From IMG/VR virus record IMGVR_UViG_3300021440_000013, positions 1 to 64,000 of that record: a DNA stretch of 64,000 nt; one strand, written 5' to 3'. Within the stretch, counting starts at the first letter, position 1; each line of letters begins with the position of its first letter. The translations under genes were made by a program, and so were the position numbers. Positions 59,870 to 64,000 of this stretch are shown one piece after another. A model generated the notes under the pieces. The model saw only the letters and a list, made by a program, of their open reading frames with translations, was not told the origin of the DNA and ran no database searches.

Positions 59870-62800
59870 ATGTCGACATTGGTTGCAAGTGAATGGAGCG
59901 ATGCCGTTGAGTTTACGGTGCGTCCTTTGGGTGAAGGCTATTCAGAAGTGGCAAAGCTGATTCCGATCGAAGGCCAGTCTGACAGTAAATTTGGTCGAGG
60001 TTTGGCTGTCGATGGTGAGGGTGAGTTTATGCTCGCTCCGCTAATGCATTACAACACGCCGTATGTTAAGGCGGGTCGGGTAGATGTCTATCAGCGTTTA
60101 AACAACGTCTGGAAGCGTGTTACGACGATCCAGTCGCCTACGCCTGCGCTTAATGAAGGCTTTGGAGTCCACGCAGCGCTGTCCCGCGACGGCCTGACGG
60201 CCTATATCGGCGCAGAAGGCAATGCGGTAAAGGGATCTAACACGGGCTGCCTTTACATTTTTACCCGACCGACGAAGACGTCTAATAACTGGGTGTATCA
60301 GACGGTGCTTTATCCGGATGACCCCCAGATCAACGGCTACTTTGGAACCTCTGTTGCGGTTTCAAGCGATCAGAAGACCCTTGCGGTCGGTAAAGTCGAA
60401 GACCCGCGATACATAAACGCTGGTATTACTTCTGGTGCGATCTACATCTTTAAAAAAGGCACTGATGGTCTTTGGTATCAAAACCAAAAACTGGTGAGCA
60501 GTGATCTTGGCGGTACGGCACGTCTGGGTCGCGCCATAGCGCTCTCGGGCAATGGTAAAGAGTTGGTTTCCGTAGCGCCCCGCGTATATACCGAAATAAA
60601 CAACCCCTATAATAACACCATCTATCACTTTAGCTTGGTGGGGCCTGTTTACATCCAGACAGCTGTTACGCACTTTCCTGATTCCAAGGACGGTGTGGTT
60701 AATGGCGGTGGCGTGTGTCTTAATGAAGACGGCACGATTATGGCGGCGAGTAACAACTACGACGCCGCGCGTGGTGTGGCTTATACGGGCGACGTCTATA
60801 TCTTCGAGAAGACCGCTTTTTCAGTTTGGACACCCAAACAAAAAATCATCCCGAGAACGGATGCGGCACTCTTCGGAACTGACGTTGCTCTAACCAGCGA
60901 TGGCTCCATCTTGATGGTGGGTGCACGTCTTGACGATACGGCGTCGACCGACTCGGGTGCGATCTATTTTTATGACCGCATCAACGACGGTTTTCAATAT
61001 CAGCAATCTTTGCTACCAAAGACCCCCACTGCTGAAGACCGCTTTGGTCGCGCTATTGCGCTAAACAGCACCGGTGACATGATGATCGTTGGTGCTTTCT
61101 GTGACGACGATGACACGGACCCTACGACGTATCCTGGACTGGGTTCGGCTTACGTCTTTATTCGAAATGGCTCAACCTGGACACAAGTACAAAAGATCAT
61201 CCCTAGTGCCAAGACCGCTTGGGCGTGGTTTGGTATCGATGTGGCTGTAAGTCAGGACGGCGCGATCGCTGTGATCGGTTGTCCGGGTGAGTTGAGCGGT
61301 GGCGTCTCTAAAGGTGGTTTTTACTACTACAAGAATGTGAATGGCTCCTGGGTAGAGACCGCTAAGGTATTTTCGCCCGACGGTGTTTCTGGAGATCAGT
61401 TTGCTACATCTGTTACGCTTGACGCATCTGGAAGCTACCTTATTGTCGGTTGCGCGAAAGATGACACCGCTGCTTTAAACGGTGGTTCAATCTACATTTA
61501 CACACGCTCAGGTGACACCTGGACATTCCAACAAAAGATTACCAGCCCCGAATCCGAAGCTGAAGGTTACTTCGGCTATCGCACAGCGGTTAATGGCGAT
61601 GCTACCGCCATGGCGGTAGGCTGCTATTCTAAGGATGTTAGTGGGCTCACTGACTCAGGCGCCGTTTATTACTACACGCGTTCTGGATCAGCCTGGACAT
61701 ATCGTACGCGCATTACTTCACCACGCTCAGCTGCTGGCGCTGGGTTTGGGCTTGGTTTGGCAATGACGCAAGACGGCAACACGCTCTACGTGGGTGCCTT
61801 TAACGACCTGAATAAGGGTGCAGTATTTATCTTTAACCGTAATGGCTATGTCTGGAACTACGATCGTGAGCTGACTGATCCGCTCCCCATGAGCCTGGCC
61901 CGATTTGGTATTGGACTCGCACTCTCTGGCGATGGTTCGATTCTTGCTGTGGGTGCTGATAATGCTTCGGAAACCCTGCTTCGCGCAGGACGCGTTAACG
62001 TCTATATCAAACCCTCTACCTTCGAGCAGAAGCTTCTCACCGAGCCGTTCATTGAACGCTCTAAGTTCTATGCAGATGACACCAGTGCAGGAGACTATTT
62101 TGGTGTCTCCTGCACCTTAAACGCAGAAGGCGACTACGCGATCGTGGGTGCCTGCTATGACGCAGATAAGGGCACTAACGCAGGTGCCTGCTACGCGTTC
62201 AAGCGCGTAGGGCACAACTGGGTTCAGAAAGCCAAGTTTTATGGCCTAAATACTAAAGAAGGCGATCTTTTTGGCGTCGCGGTTTCGATGAACTCGGATG
62301 CGAACTTCTTGGTTGTTGGTGCACCGGTAGGTAGTACGGAGGGTCGAGTTAATAGCGGCGCGATCTATCTGTTTGATCGTGAAGGTGAGACGTGGCGTCA
62401 ACGTGGCTTGCCTTGGGCACATAGTGAAGCCATCGCTAACAACGGCCGGATCTTTGCTCGGTCGGTGGCCGTTAGTGATGATGGTGTTCACCTTCTTATT
62501 GCCGCCTCTGCGGCTGATCAGGCTCCTGGTGGTCCGGCGTCAGGACTGGTTTACTATGTAACCTATGACGGTTCTGATTTTACTGAGCGTCAGAAGTTCT
62601 GGAGTAGCACCGCAACGCAGAGTGACTACTTTGGCCATGGTCTTTCCATGAGCAAAGATGGTTTGATCGCAATCGTCGGTGCGCCTTATGATGATAATGG
62701 TGTCTTGACCGACGACGGCTCAGCCTTTGTCTTTACTCGGAGTGGTTACACTTGGACCCAGGAACAAAAACTGATTGCGCCTGAGGCAGCTTCAGGTATG

Positions 62801-64000
62801 ACGAGTCTTTGGACTTCCGCGATATCGGGAGACGGCAGCATCATTCTTCTCTCCAGTAATAACAGCGCTGGAATGGGTGCGTTTTATCTTTACAAGCGTG
62901 TTCTGAGTACCTACACGCTGGTTAAGAAACTTTACAGCAAGGATGGCCAGGCGGGAGACGCGCTTAGTTTTAGCTTGGCGCTAAACTACGACGGTGCGGT
63001 AGCGCTCTCTGGCGCGGTGGGTGACGACGATCGGGGTTCTTCCGCTGGCGCAGTCTACACATTTGGGACTGGTGATATCGTCGGAGAAGGGTATCGCCTT
63101 TGCAACACGATCTATTGCCCTGAAGATCAGCGTAGCGTGGGCGATAATTTTGCCGCTGGCGTTGCGCTCTCTGGCGACGGCAACTATGCATTAATCGGTC
63201 GAACCTTTGGCAATGCTAAAAACGGCGATTTCTTCGCATTTGAAAGAAGTGGGGTCGACTGGATCAGCAAAGGTAGTTTCACCGCAAACGATCTTTCTAA
63301 CACCGATTTGTTCGGACTGCAGATTTCAATGAGTTTAGACGCTCAGCATGCGGTCATATCGGCGCAAATGCAGAGTGCTTCATCTCAGCCTGAAGTAGGT
63401 TCAATTTACTACTTCACCCGCAGTGGCGACACCTGGATCCAACAACAAAAGATCGTTTGCCCGGATGTAGAAGCCTACGCTAACTTTGGTGCTGGCTTGG
63501 CAATCTCTGGAGACTCTCTTCACCTTTTAGTTGGTGCTGAAAATAAAGACGTTGGAGGAAACACCGTGGCGGGTAAAGTTTACTACTTTACCCGAAGTGG
63601 AAACACCTGGACACTTGCAAGCAGTTTTACTCAACCCACTGGGCCTGTCGAACCGTGGCGTTTTGGCGGCGGTATTGCGCTTAACTACACGGGTGATTAC
63701 GCCATGGTGGGTGGGGTCTTCACATCGCTAACGGGATACGCTTCCGGCGCAGTGAATGTCCTTAACCGCAGTGGAAACACCTGGACCGGAACAGGACTGA
63801 TTGAAAGCCCTGAAAAGAACAGTGAGTCAACTGCGTTTGGTATTGGTATTGCGATAAGCCGCGATCTTAAGATCGCACTCATCGGCGCTTCGATTGCAGA
63901 TGGACTTTATCGTGACGAAGGTGCGGTTTACCTCTATGAGCGTAACGCCATCACCTATAAGTGGGACTTCGTACGCAAAATCGCACGGCCATTCAGGAAT
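59870..64000 (+). CDS. Giant multi-propeller FG-GAP repeat protein (>1370 aa, 3'-truncated by the window)
   Basis: AAGGAG SD, ATG 59870 MSTLVASEWSDAVEFTV; no in-frame ORF ending inside the window is listed, and the same frame still reads as repeats at the end (YLYERN..WDFVRKI). Confidence 0.8.
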   Translation, partial: MSTLVASEWSDAVEFTVRPLGEGYSEVAKLIPIEGQSDSKFGRGLAVDGEGEFMLAPLMHYNTPYVKAGRVDVYQRLNNVWKRVTTIQSPTPALNEGFGVHAALSRDGLTAYIGAEGNAVKGSNTGCLYIFTRPTKTSNNWVYQTVLYPDDPQINGYFGTSVAVSSDQKTLAVGKVEDPRYINAGITSGAIYIFKKGTDGLWYQNQKLVSSDLGGTARLGRAIALSGNGKELVSVAPRVYTEINNPYNNTIYHFSLVGPVYIQTAVTHFPDSKDGVVNGGGVCLNEDGTIMAASNNYDAARGVAYTGDVYIFEKTAFSVWTPKQKIIPRTDAALFGTDVALTSDGSILMVGARLDDTASTDSGAIYFYDRINDGFQYQQSLLPKTPTAEDRFGRAIALNSTGDMMIVGAFCDDDDTDPTTYPGLGSAYVFIRNGSTWTQVQKIIPSAKTAWAWFGIDVAVSQDGAIAVIGCPGELSGGVSKGGFYYYKNVNGSWVETAKVFSPDGVSGDQFATSVTLDASGSYLIVGCAKDDTAALNGGSIYIYTRSGDTWTFQQKITSPESEAEGYFGYRTAVNGDATAMAVGCYSKDVSGLTDSGAVYYYTRSGSAWTYRTRITSPRSAAGAGFGLGLAMTQDGNTLYVGAFNDLNKGAVFIFNRNGYVWNYDRELTDPLPMSLARFGIGLALSGDGSILAVGADNASETLLRAGRVNVYIKPSTFEQKLLTEPFIERSKFYADDTSAGDYFGVSCTLNAEGDYAIVGACYDADKGTNAGACYAFKRVGHNWVQKAKFYGLNTKEGDLFGVAVSMNSDANFLVVGAPVGSTEGRVNSGAIYLFDREGETWRQRGLPWAHSEAIANNGRIFARSVAVSDDGVHLLIAASAADQAPGGPASGLVYYVTYDGSDFTERQKFWSSTATQSDYFGHGLSMSKDGLIAIVGAPYDDNGVLTDDGSAFVFTRSGYTWTQEQKLIAPEAASGMTSLWTSAISGDGSIILLSSNNSAGMGAFYLYKRVLSTYTLVKKLYSKDGQAGDALSFSLALNYDGAVALSGAVGDDDRGSSAGAVYTFGTGDIVGEGYRLCNTIYCPEDQRSVGDNFAAGVALSGDGNYALIGRTFGNAKNGDFFAFERSGVDWISKGSFTANDLSNTDLFGLQISMSLDAQHAVISAQMQSASSQPEVGSIYYFTRSGDTWIQQQKIVCPDVEAYANFGAGLAISGDSLHLLVGAENKDVGGNTVAGKVYYFTRSGNTWTLASSFTQPTGPVEPWRFGGGIALNYTGDYAMVGGVFTSLTGYASGAVNVLNRSGNTWTGTGLIESPEKNSESTAFGIGIAISRDLKIALIGASIADGLYRDEGAVYLYERNAITYKWDFVRKIARPFRN

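Noticed and set aside
57725-59890. Intron or recombination junction via shared TTGCA joining the split fibre halves
   Set aside because: Only 5-bp microhomology; no group I/II intron features or recombinase seen, and the second half has its own SD and ATG
52376-64000. DGR or invertible shufflon acting on the fibre genes
   Set aside because: No reverse transcriptase, invertase or near-identical nucleotide repeats; similarity is at protein level only
1-64000. tRNA, rRNA or alternative genetic code
   Set aside because: No cloverleaf or T-loop motifs noticed in intergenic regions; genes are full length under the standard code with all three stop codons used

Overview
This window is from a nucleus-forming jumbo phage (phiKZ-like, Chimalliviridae) infecting a Gram-negative host. 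It carries chimallin (ChmA, phage nuclear shell), a DnaB-like helicase, the major capsid protein, split virion and non-virion RNA polymerase subunits, and the exonuclease/motif-A half of a split family-B DNA polymerase. It also has baseplate and inner-body head genes, portal, RuvC, a two-component spanin pair, and a cluster of tail-fibre genes built from FG-GAP beta-propellers, the last running off the window end. phiKZ gp-number equivalences are from recalled motifs and gene order, not a database search. Main unexplained signals: (1) a probable programmed -1 frameshift (T TTT TTC plus hairpin) making a gpG/gpGT-type tail-chaperone pair; (2) a fibre adaptor whose Fn3-like domain lacks its last strand while a giant propeller protein begins with that strand (possible donor-strand complementation); (3) an intact TnpB with no IS ends or TnpA but a ~200-nt highly structured upstream RNA; (4) a nearby candidate sRNA with its own promoter and terminator; (5) shared early and late promoter motifs.
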